A DNA stretch of 46,547 nt. Origin: Patescibacteria group bacterium (GTDB lineage: Bacteria; Patescibacteriota; Microgenomatia; UBA1400; PJMF01). This document shows positions 24,307-34,651 of this stretch, in pieces. The notes under the pieces were generated by a model. It was given only the letters and a program-made list of their open reading frames with translations. It did no database searches and was not told where the DNA came from. Position numbers and translations under genes: made by a program. Within the stretch, counting starts at the first letter, position 1, and every line of letters starts with the position of its first letter. The DNA lies in the NCBI GenBank assembly GCA_049322655.1, contig JBMORP010000006.1, positions 79,863 through 126,409 of the forward strand, given 5' to 3'.

Positions 24307-25410
24307 TTATAAATATTCTTTACGATTGTCGGCTTTAATTTTTTCTACAATTTTCTTAACATCTTGGCTTTTTTCTTTGGGACAAACCATTAAGATTTCG
24401 TCTGTGTCTACCACGATTAAATCCTTCAGGCCAATCAATGCTACTAGTCTACCATTGGTGTGAATGAGATTACCTTCTGAATTAACAGACATCGTTTTGA
24501 CTTCTTCATCATCTCCCACTACCACGTTGTTATCTTGGTCTTTATCCCCCAAGTCATAAACAACTTTCCAGTCGCCGACATCACTCCAACCAAAATCACC
24601 TGGAATAAGCAATAAATTGTCGGCTTTTTCACTAATGGCGTAGTCAATCGAGATTGCTTCAGCATCATTATAGATTTCTGGCAAAGCTTGGTGAAAGGCC
24701 TCACTATTCAAACTATCCAGTTCTTTAGTTTTTTCGTACAGATTTTTTTTATGAAGTTTAAAAGCATTTTTTAATGCTGTAGCTGACCAAACATACATGT
24801 TGGCATTCCAATAATATTTACCAGTCGCAATGAATTTTTTGGCGGTGGCTTTATCTGGTTTTTCAGTGAAACTATCAACTTTTAATAATGGTAAGTTTTT
24901 GCCAAGTTTGTCTAGTTGTCCAGCCACTTTGATATAACCAAAAGCACTGGTAGGATAAGCGGGAGTAATGCCGACTGTTAACAAGTGGTCTCCTTCAGCT
25001 GCTACTTTGGTAGCGGCATACATTACTCTGACAAATTCATCTTCGTCAGTCAGAGTATGGTCAGAGGCAGCATTAATAATAATGGCATTAGGATCTTTGC
25101 TTTTGGCGAATAAAGCTCCCACCAACATTGCGAGGGCAGTGTCTTTTTTTTCTGGTTCTGCCAAGATATTTTCAGTTGGAACCTGAGGTAACTGCTTTTG
25201 CACTTCAGCGGAATAAAGTTGGTTGGTAACAACAATGATTTTATCCCAATCAACAATTTTCGCCACCCGGTCGGCGGCGATTTGAATCATGGTTTTAGCT
25301 CCTGCTAATTTTAAAAATTGCTTGGGAGTTTTGGTTCTAGACTTTGGCCACAACCTAGTCCCTCCCCCTCCTGCCAAGATAACTGCGTAGATGTGTTGAT
25401 TGGTTTTCAT
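24307..25410 (-). CDS. manC: Mannose-1-phosphate guanylyltransferase (no PMI cupin)
   Basis: VILAGGGGTRLWPKSR, PKQFL, EPEKKDTA, FTEKP, YYWNANMY, ISIDYAISEK, GWSDVGDW. Confidence 0.92.
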   Translation of the reverse strand: MKTNQHIYAVILAGGGGTRLWPKSRTKTPKQFLKLAGAKTMIQIAADRVAKIVDWDKIIVVTNQLYSAEVQKQLPQVPTENILAEPEKKDTALAMLVGALFAKSKDPNAIIINAASDHTLTDEDEFVRVMYAATKVAAEGDHLLTVGITPAYPTSAFGYIKVAGQLDKLGKNLPLLKVDSFTEKPDKATAKKFIATGKYYWNANMYVWSATALKNAFKLHKKNLYEKTKELDSLNSEAFHQALPEIYNDAEAISIDYAISEKADNLLLIPGDFGWSDVGDWKVVYDLGDKDQDNNVVVGDDEEVKTMSVNSEGNLIHTNGRLVALIGLKDLIVVDTDEILMVCPKEKSQDVKKIVEKIKADNRKEYL

Positions 25411-25416
25411 AAAACT

Positions 25417-26562
25417 TTACTTTCTATGCTTGTTCCACAAGGTTGTAACTAATTGGTCGAATTTATTGATAAATGTATTTGTATCATATTTTTTCATATT
25501 TTTGAGCAAGCGAGTTGATTCAAAGTTGGTTTTACCAAATAACTTGAGAGATTGTTTAATATTTTCGGCTTTTTCTTGGGAGATATGACAGCCGTGGAGG
25601 GTATGATCAATACATTCAGCCGCTCCGCTTTTGCTGTTAATCAATACTGGTTTGCTATAACTATTAGCTTCTAGAGCGACAAGTCCAAAGTCTTCTTCTC
25701 CTGGCATTAGTAAGGCTTGGCAATGTTGATAGAGGTAGGCTAGTTTTTCAGGGCTAATATCTTGGTAAAAAATAATTTGCTTGGTTTTATTTAACTGTTT
25801 AACCAATTTTTTTAAGGTGTTTTTTTCTGGTCCACTACCCACGATCACTAGGTTTTGGTTCAACTCTGCACAAGCTAGAATAGCCTGGTCAAGGTGTTTA
25901 TAAGAAACTAATCTAGAGTTAATCAAGAAAAAATCATGAGGAATTGGTAAGGCCGTGGTTTTGCTTAAAGCCTGGGCAACTGGTGGGTAAATCACTGCTG
26001 TTGGCTTAATAGTTGGATAGTAAGTTCTGATGCGTTGGGTGACTCGCTGAGAGATGGGAACAATTATATCTGGTCTGAGAATGGCTTGTTGATCCCACCA
26101 GGTTAAATAATTGAGAAGTAATTTAGCTAGCCACTTAATTGGTGGAATTTTAAATAGCCAATGAGATTGAAGACTGTGTTCCCTATCTTGGTATAAGTAT
26201 CTAGGTGGAGTCAATAAATAGCAAAGATGAAGTTGAGCTGGTTTGGTGATCACTCCTTTAGCCTCAGCACTTGTAACAGAAATAATAATGTCATAAGCAC
26301 CAAGATCAAAACCTTCAAAGGCTAATGGCATCAGAAAAGGAATCCAACGATGAAGCTGATTGAAAAATGGGATTTTATTTAAATCACTGGCAATAACTTG
26401 GGGAAAGACTTTAGCCCATTTGGCTTTGTTGGGGTCGTAAACAGCTGTAAATAATGGTGCTGTTGGATAAAGCTGATGAAGGGCTAATAAAACTTGTTCT
26501 GCACCACCGTAAGGTGTGTTAACTCGATCATAAACAATGGCGACAGCTGGTTTTTTAATCAT
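25417..26562 (-). CDS. Glycosyltransferase family 4
   Basis: GGAEQVL, SRLVSYKHLD, EEDFGLVALEA. Confidence 0.92.
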   Translation of the reverse strand: MIKKPAVAIVYDRVNTPYGGAEQVLLALHQLYPTAPLFTAVYDPNKAKWAKVFPQVIASDLNKIPFFNQLHRWIPFLMPLAFEGFDLGAYDIIISVTSAEAKGVITKPAQLHLCYLLTPPRYLYQDREHSLQSHWLFKIPPIKWLAKLLLNYLTWWDQQAILRPDIIVPISQRVTQRIRTYYPTIKPTAVIYPPVAQALSKTTALPIPHDFFLINSRLVSYKHLDQAILACAELNQNLVIVGSGPEKNTLKKLVKQLNKTKQIIFYQDISPEKLAYLYQHCQALLMPGEEDFGLVALEANSYSKPVLINSKSGAAECIDHTLHGCHISQEKAENIKQSLKLFGKTNFESTRLLKNMKKYDTNTFINKFDQLVTTLWNKHRK

Positions 26563-26566
26563 AAGT

Positions 26567-27646
26567 TTAATAATGAGCTAGTGTTTGTTTTGCCATTTCA
26601 TCCCAACTATAATTTGAAACTAATTCTTGACCAGCTTTGATTAGGGTTTTTCTAGATGGTTCTAAGACCAAAATCTTTTCAACTAATTCTTCTGCGGAGT
26701 GAGGATCAAAATAAGCAGCAGCATTTTGGTAAATTTCTCTAAAAATAGGAATATCGGAGGCAATGACTGGCAGACCAACCGCCATGGCTTCTAAGCCTGG
26801 TAAACCAAAACCTTCAGAAAGCGAAGGAAAAACTAGGGCAAAAGATTTTTGGTAAAGTTTGCTCAAAGCTTGATCATTAAGTCTACCTAGAAACTCAACT
26901 TGCTGACTAACTTGATGTTTTTTGGCTAAAGCCATAGTTTGTTGTTGAAAAATATTTCTCGAGCCTACTAGTTTTAAACTGAAAGCCGGTAGTTTTTTTA
27001 AAGCTTTAAAAACGACCTCAATGTTTTTATGTGGGTATAAAGAGCCGGTATAAACTAATTGTTTTTTAATTGATTTGGGTTGACTGTGTTGCTGAAGAAA
27101 AATAGTCTCTACGCCCTCGTAAGTGACGACGATTTTAGTTTTATTTTTGGGATAGTGTTTTTTGATAATGTTACCAACTGTTTGACTTGGTACAAAAATA
27201 GTTTTGGCTCGATTAACTGCTTGTTCAACCGTCACCATATAAGCACCATATTTTAGCCAGTATTGCCAGGCTGGTAAGGTAGTAACGTGACTTCCCCGTT
27301 GTTCATGCCAGAGCAAGTCGTGAATCGTTACCACTATTTCGCCTTTATAGAAAACTGGAATATTAAAGTGAGGAACGTGTAGTATATCTAATTTTTCTTG
27401 ATTAAAGGCGATTGGTAACAGTAATTGTTCTTTGAGTGAATAATGTTTGACCGGGAGAAGAACAATTTTGACATTATGAGGATTTTCTCCTAAAACTTCT
27501 TGAGCTTGTTGTTGACTATAAAAAAAAGTAACCCAAGTAAAATCCTGATTCTCAACTAGTCTTTGCACTAGATTCTGGGTATAACGACCAATGCCAGCAT
27601 GTTCTTTTCCAGCTAGCCGACAATCGATGCCAATACGTTTCTTCAT
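26567..27646 (-). CDS. Glycosyltransferase family 4
   Basis: GIGRYT, TIHDL, PHKN, PSLSEGFGLPGLEAMA, SDIP. Confidence 0.93.
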   Translation of the reverse strand: MKKRIGIDCRLAGKEHAGIGRYTQNLVQRLVENQDFTWVTFFYSQQQAQEVLGENPHNVKIVLLPVKHYSLKEQLLLPIAFNQEKLDILHVPHFNIPVFYKGEIVVTIHDLLWHEQRGSHVTTLPAWQYWLKYGAYMVTVEQAVNRAKTIFVPSQTVGNIIKKHYPKNKTKIVVTYEGVETIFLQQHSQPKSIKKQLVYTGSLYPHKNIEVVFKALKKLPAFSLKLVGSRNIFQQQTMALAKKHQVSQQVEFLGRLNDQALSKLYQKSFALVFPSLSEGFGLPGLEAMAVGLPVIASDIPIFREIYQNAAAYFDPHSAEELVEKILVLEPSRKTLIKAGQELVSNYSWDEMAKQTLAHY

Positions 27647-27660
27647 AGTTGTTTCAAAGT

Positions 27661-28587
27661 CTATAAACCACCTTTTTTGATAAATAAAAAGGTCTTGAGT
27701 AACGTTCTCATGAATTTGGGATATTTATCTCCATACCATTTGTCGTAGTACATCAACATGGTGTCATAAAACATGTTATGAACTTTTTTAGCTAATCTAG
27801 TGGAAGAACTTTTAATTCCTGATTTATATTTATGGTGAATGATCTTAACTCCTGGATGGAAAACGACTTTTTTTCCAGCTTCACGGAATCTTCTACACCA
27901 GTCAATGTCTTCAGCATACATAAAGAACATTTCATCTAAGTAGCCTACTTTTTGTTGCATAAACTTAGTGGGAAAAATCATAGCAGCCCCGGTACAAGCA
28001 TCGATCTCATGGATTTCATCTAGGTTCTTAAAAGTTTGGTGGTACTGGCCAAAAAGTGGGCTGTTGGGAAAAAGTTTTTCTAAACCAGCAAAATAGGTGA
28101 GTGAGGCCCAGGGGGTTGGTTCACCACGGTGAGAAGCAGGATCTAAAGTGCCATTGGGTAGTTCTACCCGAGGTGAGATCAAGCCAATATCAGGGTTGTC
28201 ATCTAGATATTTGATAATAATATCTAAGTTAGAGCCATCATGAAACTCGGTATCTGAATTGAGTAACATACTATATCTAGATTTAATTTCTCTGAGAGCA
28301 ATATTATTGCCAGCGGCAAAACCAATATTACCACCAGAACGAATCAGCTTGGCCCATTTAAACTCTTTTTCAACCATTTCTGGAGAGCCATCGTTACTGT
28401 TATTGTCGACTACTGTTACCTCGACTTTATATTTAGTGCGATCAAGATAAAAATCTTTCACACTTTGGAGAGTTTTCTTGAGCCAGAACTGAGTATTAAA
28501 ATTCAAAATCACAATAGTCAGATCTGTTTGTTTAGTCATTAGTTTTTTTTTGTTTGAGTTATTTTTTTTCTTAACTTTTTTTGTCAT
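27661..28587 (-). CDS. Glycosyltransferase family 2 (rhamnosyltransferase-like)
   Basis: IVILNFNT, VVDNNSNDGS, NIGFAAGNN, LLNSD, FFMYAEDIDWC. Start is ATG 28587 or 28539 (ORF track starts at 28608). Confidence 0.92.
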   Translation of the reverse strand: MTKKVKKKNNSNKKKLMTKQTDLTIVILNFNTQFWLKKTLQSVKDFYLDRTKYKVEVTVVDNNSNDGSPEMVEKEFKWAKLIRSGGNIGFAAGNNIALREIKSRYSMLLNSDTEFHDGSNLDIIIKYLDDNPDIGLISPRVELPNGTLDPASHRGEPTPWASLTYFAGLEKLFPNSPLFGQYHQTFKNLDEIHEIDACTGAAMIFPTKFMQQKVGYLDEMFFMYAEDIDWCRRFREAGKKVVFHPGVKIIHHKYKSGIKSSSTRLAKKVHNMFYDTMLMYYDKWYGDKYPKFMRTLLKTFLFIKKGGL

Positions 28588-29788
28588 GAGTTGTTCCTTT
28601 TTTACCAATTTCCTTATAAATCATATCAAGTTTTTGAGAAATTTCTTTCCAATCAAAGTTTTCTGAGACAAATTTTTTGCCATTAGTTGATAGTTTTTGC
28701 CAAAGTTGGTGGTCTTTGATTAATTCTACCGTGAGTTGGGCTAATTCTTTAGCTGAGTTACTGGTTAAGACATGTTCACCATGACGAATATTCAGCCCTT
28801 CTACCGCAATTTTACTAGCCACTACTGGAGTGCCACTGGCCATGGCTTCCAAAATTTTATAACGAGTTCCTTTACCGCTGAAAACTGGAGCAACTAAAAC
28901 ATGAGCACTTTTGAAAGCTTCTCTGATGTCTGCGACTCTCCCCAAGACCTTAATTTGTGGGTCTTTTTCTCCATAGGCAATCACTTTATTAGTTGGGGCA
29001 TTACCGACAATCCAAAGTTTAGTATTAGGTAAAAGTTTTTTAATTTCTGGCCAAATTTTTTGCACTAAGAAATCAACTGCTTCTTGATTGGGTAACCACT
29101 TAAACGTTCCTACCGAAAGAATGGTTGGCTCACTAGCCAATTTTCTAGGTAGTTGATTAAACCAAGCAGAATCTACGCCATTAGCAACCACGTCGATTTT
29201 TTGGTCATTATTAATCTGTTTGGCAATGAAATCCTTATCTTCATCACTCATGACAATTAGTTTGTCACAAGCTCGCCAGTAGTGACGCTCCCATTTACGA
29301 ATTTTTTTAATATCTGATTCCAAGAATGGCTTTAGTAAAGCGGGGGCTTTTTTTGCATAGCTTTCATAGCCTAAGTATTCAATGGTTTGTTCAACCAAAA
29401 TGGTAGGAATATCATTGGCTGGTAAGTGAGGCATCATGTAAAAAGTTTCGGCGTGAATGAGGTCATATTTTTCTGCTGCTAGTTCTTGCTCGATCGCCCC
29501 AATAGTTTCTGGGACATAGTTGCGAACGACTAGAAAAGGTAAGGAGGAAAAGATCGCTTTAAAGATATTTTTAAGAGTAAAAGGTTTTTCAGAACGTTTA
29601 AAAACTCTCACTTTTTGACAATATTTTTCTAGTTCTGGGATATATTGTTGTTCTTGTTCATTTTTGATCAAAGCAAATAAAGTAATCTCATGTTTGGTGG
29701 CAAGTTTTTTGAGTAAGTTATAAGTTCTGATTTGTCCACCTGATAGTAGTGGGTACGGTAAATAAGGAGTCAACATTAAGATTTTCAT
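28571..29788 (-). CDS. Glycosyltransferase family 4
   Basis: PYLPYP..SGGQIR, NGVD, GKGTRYKILEAMASGTPVV. Confidence 0.92.
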   Translation of the reverse strand: MKILMLTPYLPYPLLSGGQIRTYNLLKKLATKHEITLFALIKNEQEQQYIPELEKYCQKVRVFKRSEKPFTLKNIFKAIFSSLPFLVVRNYVPETIGAIEQELAAEKYDLIHAETFYMMPHLPANDIPTILVEQTIEYLGYESYAKKAPALLKPFLESDIKKIRKWERHYWRACDKLIVMSDEDKDFIAKQINNDQKIDVVANGVDSAWFNQLPRKLASEPTILSVGTFKWLPNQEAVDFLVQKIWPEIKKLLPNTKLWIVGNAPTNKVIAYGEKDPQIKVLGRVADIREAFKSAHVLVAPVFSGKGTRYKILEAMASGTPVVASKIAVEGLNIRHGEHVLTSNSAKELAQLTVELIKDHQLWQKLSTNGKKFVSENFDWKEISQKLDMIYKEIGKKGTTHDKKS

Positions 29789-31251
29789 TATTTAGTTTCC
29801 CTTAAATCTAAAAGTAAATATTGCTTGGTTTTTTCCAGAGTTTTATATTTTTTTTCTAATTCCCTAGCCTCATCATCATAGCTAGTAGTGACATAATGAG
29901 TAGCTCCCAACTCGATTTTTTTATCGATTTCAAAACCAATTGGCCAACCAGTACGATTGGTTTGGAATAAAAAGATGGTGTCACCAAAGGCTGGAGCAAT
30001 CACTTTGGCATCTGCTGGAACAAGTCGATCGACGACTTGACCGGCCTCAACATACTCCCAATGATTAACATTAAAATAACCACCCAAGTTTTTCCAAGAA
30101 TCAGCCAGCATGATTGTTACTAGGAAAATTAAAATAACTTGTTTAATTAGTTTTAAATTCTTTTTTTCAGCTTGAGCCTTACTCCACAAAGAACTAAAAC
30201 CAAAGCCAAGTAAGATGGCGATGAATGGAATGAAAATCACTTGGTAGTAGTCATGTTGAACATTGCCTGTAGCAATTATGGCAAGGTAGGCAAAAAGTCC
30301 CACTCCCCAGCTCCATAGGAGGTAATTGATTTTTTTGTGGTTATTCAGTAAACCTTCAGCAACAAAAATTAAACCAGTAAAACCGAGGATTAATTTGGTA
30401 AATCTTTCATAGAATAACCAACGAAACCAGGCTGGACGAAAACGAATCTGATTACTGTTAAATAACCAATCAGAAGCGGGAATGCCACTGGGAAATTGAA
30501 GAATCCATTGTCGCCACCACCAGAAAGGGAGTAAGGCAATGACAATAAAAACCAGCCAACTCCAATGGAAGATTTTTTTCCAGGATTGATTTTGGAAAAA
30601 CAACACTAGATAAACTGGAGCTAAAAAAACCACAAAAGGTTTAAGTAAGAAAGCCAAACTTAAAAAGATTGCCGATAAATAAAAACTTGGCTGAATAGCA
30701 AAGTTTTTTTTTGTCAAAGCTGTGGCAAAGAAACTTAAAGAGCCCATACTAAAAAATAGAAAAAATGGCTCTGGCAAAATTACTCTAGAGTAATAAATGC
30801 TATAAGGTAATAAAGCAAACCACCAGCCGCTGAGTAAAGCAATTTGTTTATTGTGACTGATGGTGATAGCAAACCGATAGATAAAAACTAAAGTACCCAG
30901 TGAAGCTAAAACAGAGATAAGGCGACTAGTGGTGACTAGGGGTAAGAATGGCAAAGCCCTAATTAGACTGGCAATCAAGCCATTAATCAAAGGAAACTCC
31001 ACCATCCGATAGCCAGAGAGATTATCTTCTCCAGATTGAATATTAGACAAGTCATGATACTTAGGTTCAAGTAAATTAACACCATGTTTTACATATTCAC
31101 GGGTTACCGAAGCAGTATCTGCCTGTCGAAAAGCATGCCAGTCAGCAACTGGATTATCGATTCTATAGAGTCTGACTAACAGGGCTACCAAGATTAACAA
31201 AATTAATTGTTTATTAGCTAACTTCCAACTTTTGCAGTTCGCAAGTATCAT
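29788..31251 (-). CDS. GT-C fold (ArnT/PMT-like) membrane glycosyltransferase
   Basis: WHAFRQADTA loop, EFPLIN, YSRVILPE, many TM helices, HDYYQ. Confidence 0.8.
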   Translation of the reverse strand: MILANCKSWKLANKQLILLILVALLVRLYRIDNPVADWHAFRQADTASVTREYVKHGVNLLEPKYHDLSNIQSGEDNLSGYRMVEFPLINGLIASLIRALPFLPLVTTSRLISVLASLGTLVFIYRFAITISHNKQIALLSGWWFALLPYSIYYSRVILPEPFFLFFSMGSLSFFATALTKKNFAIQPSFYLSAIFLSLAFLLKPFVVFLAPVYLVLFFQNQSWKKIFHWSWLVFIVIALLPFWWWRQWILQFPSGIPASDWLFNSNQIRFRPAWFRWLFYERFTKLILGFTGLIFVAEGLLNNHKKINYLLWSWGVGLFAYLAIIATGNVQHDYYQVIFIPFIAILLGFGFSSLWSKAQAEKKNLKLIKQVILIFLVTIMLADSWKNLGGYFNVNHWEYVEAGQVVDRLVPADAKVIAPAFGDTIFLFQTNRTGWPIGFEIDKKIELGATHYVTTSYDDEARELEKKYKTLEKTKQYLLLDLRETK

Positions 31252-31256
31252 AGTTG

Positions 31257-32957
31257 TTATTTTTTCTTTGGTTTCAGTAGTGGCTTGTTCTTATTAGGCA
31301 AAGCCAGGACAGTTAGAATAAAACCAACGATTCCCCAATAAGTAAAGGCGACTTTAGAAGCAGCATAGACATCAATATAGGAGGCATTGGCCAGTAAGCC
31401 GATCGAACCAGCCACTAAACCAATAGCAGCTGCGGCCTTGAAGAATTTTTTATCATTAATATGTTGCCAAGCTTGTTGGATGGCTACTACGATAATGCCA
31501 AAGAAGGTCAAAAAGCCCAGCAAACCAGTCTCACCTAAAACCCTGAGGAAGTTATTATCGGTGCTTTCTGCTTCGGTAAAATGAAAGGCCGTTTCTTTAT
31601 TTAGGGTGGCATAACCACTACCAAATAAAGGATTGTTCATGAAACCTCTAATGGCATTGGGCCACAAAGTATCCAAGCGAATGCCCATGGAAAGACCATA
31701 TTTTAAGGCATTATCTGACCAGGTACGTTCTTTTTGGATTTGAATAGTAGCGGAAGATCCGTCTGCTGAAATAGTGGCTACTTCAACAAGATCAGGAATG
31801 TCTTCATAGACATCACTGGGTCTAACGGTCGTTGGTTTTGGTTGTTGATCGGTAGCGGTGAGGACTGGTTCTAAGCCAGAATTATCAAAGCCGATTGAGT
31901 TTTTAGGAGGCTCTAGTTCAATAATACCCAACCAGTCGTAAACTTGATCTCTGGTTTTTTTGCGTTGAGCATTAACTTCATCATAAGCAACTTTAATTTT
32001 TTCATAGCTTGCAGCAAGAGTTGGATAACCTTCAATCACTTGTAAAAATCTTTCATACATATCACTGCCAAAAGCTAACAATAAAATAACGGTCATTAGA
32101 CCCAAAGCTAGTGATTTTTTAATAAAGGTAATTAGTCTTTTTAACCAGGTTTGTTCTCTCCAGGCTACTAAACTAATAACAATGAGGGCGGCCAAACCAT
32201 AGGCTCCAAAAGGAGTTCTGGAAGCACTCATGATTAGTAACCACAAGCCAAAAGCATGAGTGAGATGAAGTAGCCATTTTTCCCATTTTTTTTCTGATAG
32301 ATAAGCAAAACTTAGCAAGATTGGTAAGACAATGACTAAATAAGCGCCCAGGTCATAGTGACCGCCAAAAGTCGATTGAACTCTGGCATGCTCTGTGAGG
32401 TAAAGTCTAACGCCTTTGCTGAATTCACGATTCATAGTGGAGTAAACTGGCCAGTACCAATATTTTTGGCCCAGGCCATAAAAACCGATTAAAATAACCG
32501 TAGCAACAATTGTCCAGAGAACAGTTTTGGCTTGTTTTTCGGTTTTAATACTGGCATACATCAGGAAAAACAGTAGAAAATACTCTAGGTATCTAAATAA
32601 ATGTAAGGCTGATTTACCAACATGAATTAGTTCTAACGGAATGGTTTGGCTGATAAACATGGCAGAGAGTAGGGAGAAAAACCCCACTGCCACATAGCTA
32701 CCAATTAATTTAAATAAAGGTGATTTCCAAGTGATTTTTTTTCTTAGTAACTGAATTAGCCAAATCAGACCGCCCAACCCCATCAAGACATCTTCAACTC
32801 TGACTCTGACAATGTAACCTGGGATAATATCAAACAAGGGAATCTTGGGATAAAGTGGGATAAAAGCTAACAAAAAAGTACTGACCACAAAAAGTAAGTT
32901 GTCATCAGTCCAACTGATGAATTTTTGCCACCAGGAAAGTTGTTTTTTTTCAGGCAT
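31257..32957 (-). CDS. O-antigen ligase/Wzy_C-like membrane protein with a large soluble loop
   Basis: RVQSTFGGHYDLGAY, SASRT, NPLFGSG, STDNNFLRVLGETGLLG. Confidence 0.8.
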   Translation of the reverse strand: MPEKKQLSWWQKFISWTDDNLLFVVSTFLLAFIPLYPKIPLFDIIPGYIVRVRVEDVLMGLGGLIWLIQLLRKKITWKSPLFKLIGSYVAVGFFSLLSAMFISQTIPLELIHVGKSALHLFRYLEYFLLFFLMYASIKTEKQAKTVLWTIVATVILIGFYGLGQKYWYWPVYSTMNREFSKGVRLYLTEHARVQSTFGGHYDLGAYLVIVLPILLSFAYLSEKKWEKWLLHLTHAFGLWLLIMSASRTPFGAYGLAALIVISLVAWREQTWLKRLITFIKKSLALGLMTVILLLAFGSDMYERFLQVIEGYPTLAASYEKIKVAYDEVNAQRKKTRDQVYDWLGIIELEPPKNSIGFDNSGLEPVLTATDQQPKPTTVRPSDVYEDIPDLVEVATISADGSSATIQIQKERTWSDNALKYGLSMGIRLDTLWPNAIRGFMNNPLFGSGYATLNKETAFHFTEAESTDNNFLRVLGETGLLGFLTFFGIIVVAIQQAWQHINDKKFFKAAAAIGLVAGSIGLLANASYIDVYAASKVAFTYWGIVGFILTVLALPNKNKPLLKPKKK

Positions 32958-32960
32958 GGT

Positions 32961-33974
32961 TTAAAAGCTCCAGATTTTTCCTAAGATTCTGTGATAAATA
33001 CCAGCACGTCGTTCGTCGTGAGTGAAAAACTTATGAATAATCATTCTAAGCAAAGTGCCCTTCCACAAGATCATTCTGACAATTGGTAACTGCCAAGTTG
33101 GTTTGAATTTGGACCATAAGTAAATATAGCCCTTCATTTCACCGGTATAGGCATTTTCTGAACCAGCACTAACATTGCCAAGATGGATAATCTTAGCTTG
33201 AGGTTGAATAGCAATATCCCAGTGATGTCTGCGAGCTCTCATACAATATTCGATATCTTCGCCATACATAAAAATACCATCATCCAATAAACCAATTTCA
33301 TCAAGCACTTCTCTTCTAATCATCATGGCAGTCCCACCCAACCAGTCAACCGGAGTAAGTTTGGTAGCTGATTTTTTCATGCGTTCATTACGCCCGGTGT
33401 GTTGGGTGGAGGGTAAAAACTTCCCGATGATTGGCAAGTCATCAAGAAATAACATTTGTGACGTTAATGACAACAAAGTTGGGAAATTCCCCCCTTGGGC
33501 TTGTAAAGTTTTGTCTTTATTAAGTAACATCGGAGCAATAATTCCCAATCGATCTTGAGCATTATTGCTTTCAGAAGACAAGTGGGCAGAGGCTTCAGCA
33601 ACGGGATGGTTGTCAAAAGTCTCAAGTAAAGTTTTAAAAGCTCCGCGCAAGGTAATCGTGTCTGAGTTGAGCAAAATCACGGCTTTAGCCTCTGATTGCT
33701 TGATAGCTTGGTTATTAGCCCAAGCAAAACCATTATTATCTTTATTGGCAATGACAGTGTATTTGACATTTTGTTTGGCCATGAATTGTTTGATAGCTGG
33801 CACCGAACCATCCTGAGAATTATTATCAACAATAAAAAACTCAACTCGAGAAAGTAATTGGTCAGCTTTGAGGTCTTTGATAGCGGTTTCTAGAGTTTGA
33901 AGAGTAATATCCTTAGTGTTGTAAGACACCACAATAATTGACAGATCTAAGGAAGTTGAAGATTTTTTTGCCAT
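32961..33974 (-). CDS. Glycosyltransferase family 2
   Basis: IIVVSYNT, VDNNSQDGS, NNGFAWANN, LLNSD, FMYGEDIEYC. Confidence 0.92.
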   Translation of the reverse strand: MAKKSSTSLDLSIIVVSYNTKDITLQTLETAIKDLKADQLLSRVEFFIVDNNSQDGSVPAIKQFMAKQNVKYTVIANKDNNGFAWANNQAIKQSEAKAVILLNSDTITLRGAFKTLLETFDNHPVAEASAHLSSESNNAQDRLGIIAPMLLNKDKTLQAQGGNFPTLLSLTSQMLFLDDLPIIGKFLPSTQHTGRNERMKKSATKLTPVDWLGGTAMMIRREVLDEIGLLDDGIFMYGEDIEYCMRARRHHWDIAIQPQAKIIHLGNVSAGSENAYTGEMKGYIYLWSKFKPTWQLPIVRMILWKGTLLRMIIHKFFTHDERRAGIYHRILGKIWSF

Positions 33975-33983
33975 AAGCCCAAT

Positions 33984-34607
33984 TTATTGAAACAGACGAG
34001 GTCGTCCTAACTTATACGAATAGTTCTTGGTTTTTCTGGTGCCGATTTCTTTGGCTGGAGTGCCAGCAACAATTACTCCTGGGGCAATATCTTTGGTGAC
34101 GATTGAGCCAGCAGCAATAATGGCCCCTTTGCCGACAGTTACTCCAGGTAAAATAATGGAACGAGGGCCAATAAAGACGTAGTCACCAATGGTAACTTTG
34201 GCTTCGATAGTTTGCATATTTTCACTATGAATATCATGTTGGCTGGTCCAGATCATCACTTCTGAAGCAATATCAACGTGACTACCGATTTCCAAACCAC
34301 CCTGAGAGTTTGGAAGTTGCTTACGGCCATCTAGGGTGACTTTTTCACCAATTAAAGTGCCTACTCCGATAGTGATGTGGCGAGGATCGTAGATCCGAGC
34401 CATCATGTGAATGGTGGAGTTGAGACCGATCTTCATCCCAAATAAACGATAAAAGAATTTTCTGAAAAAATGACAAGGAATCATACCTACAAACCACCAT
34501 AGAAATCCAGTGATGAATTCAAGATAAATTGCTTCAAGGCGACCAAGCACTTTTTGTTTAACTTGGTCTGGGGTTAAAACATTACCATCTTTATCAGTTA
34601 ATGACAT
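33984..34607 (-). CDS. Hexapeptide-repeat (left-handed beta-helix) O-acetyltransferase
   Basis: [40 protein letters not shown]. Confidence 0.9.
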   Translation of the reverse strand: MSLTDKDGNVLTPDQVKQKVLGRLEAIYLEFITGFLWWFVGMIPCHFFRKFFYRLFGMKIGLNSTIHMMARIYDPRHITIGVGTLIGEKVTLDGRKQLPNSQGGLEIGSHVDIASEVMIWTSQHDIHSENMQTIEAKVTIGDYVFIGPRSIILPGVTVGKGAIIAAGSIVTKDIAPGVIVAGTPAKEIGTRKTKNYSYKLGRPRLFQ

Positions 34608-34651
34608 GTATTAAGTAGTATACTTCAGACTTGAACGTCGAGCAAAGGTGA

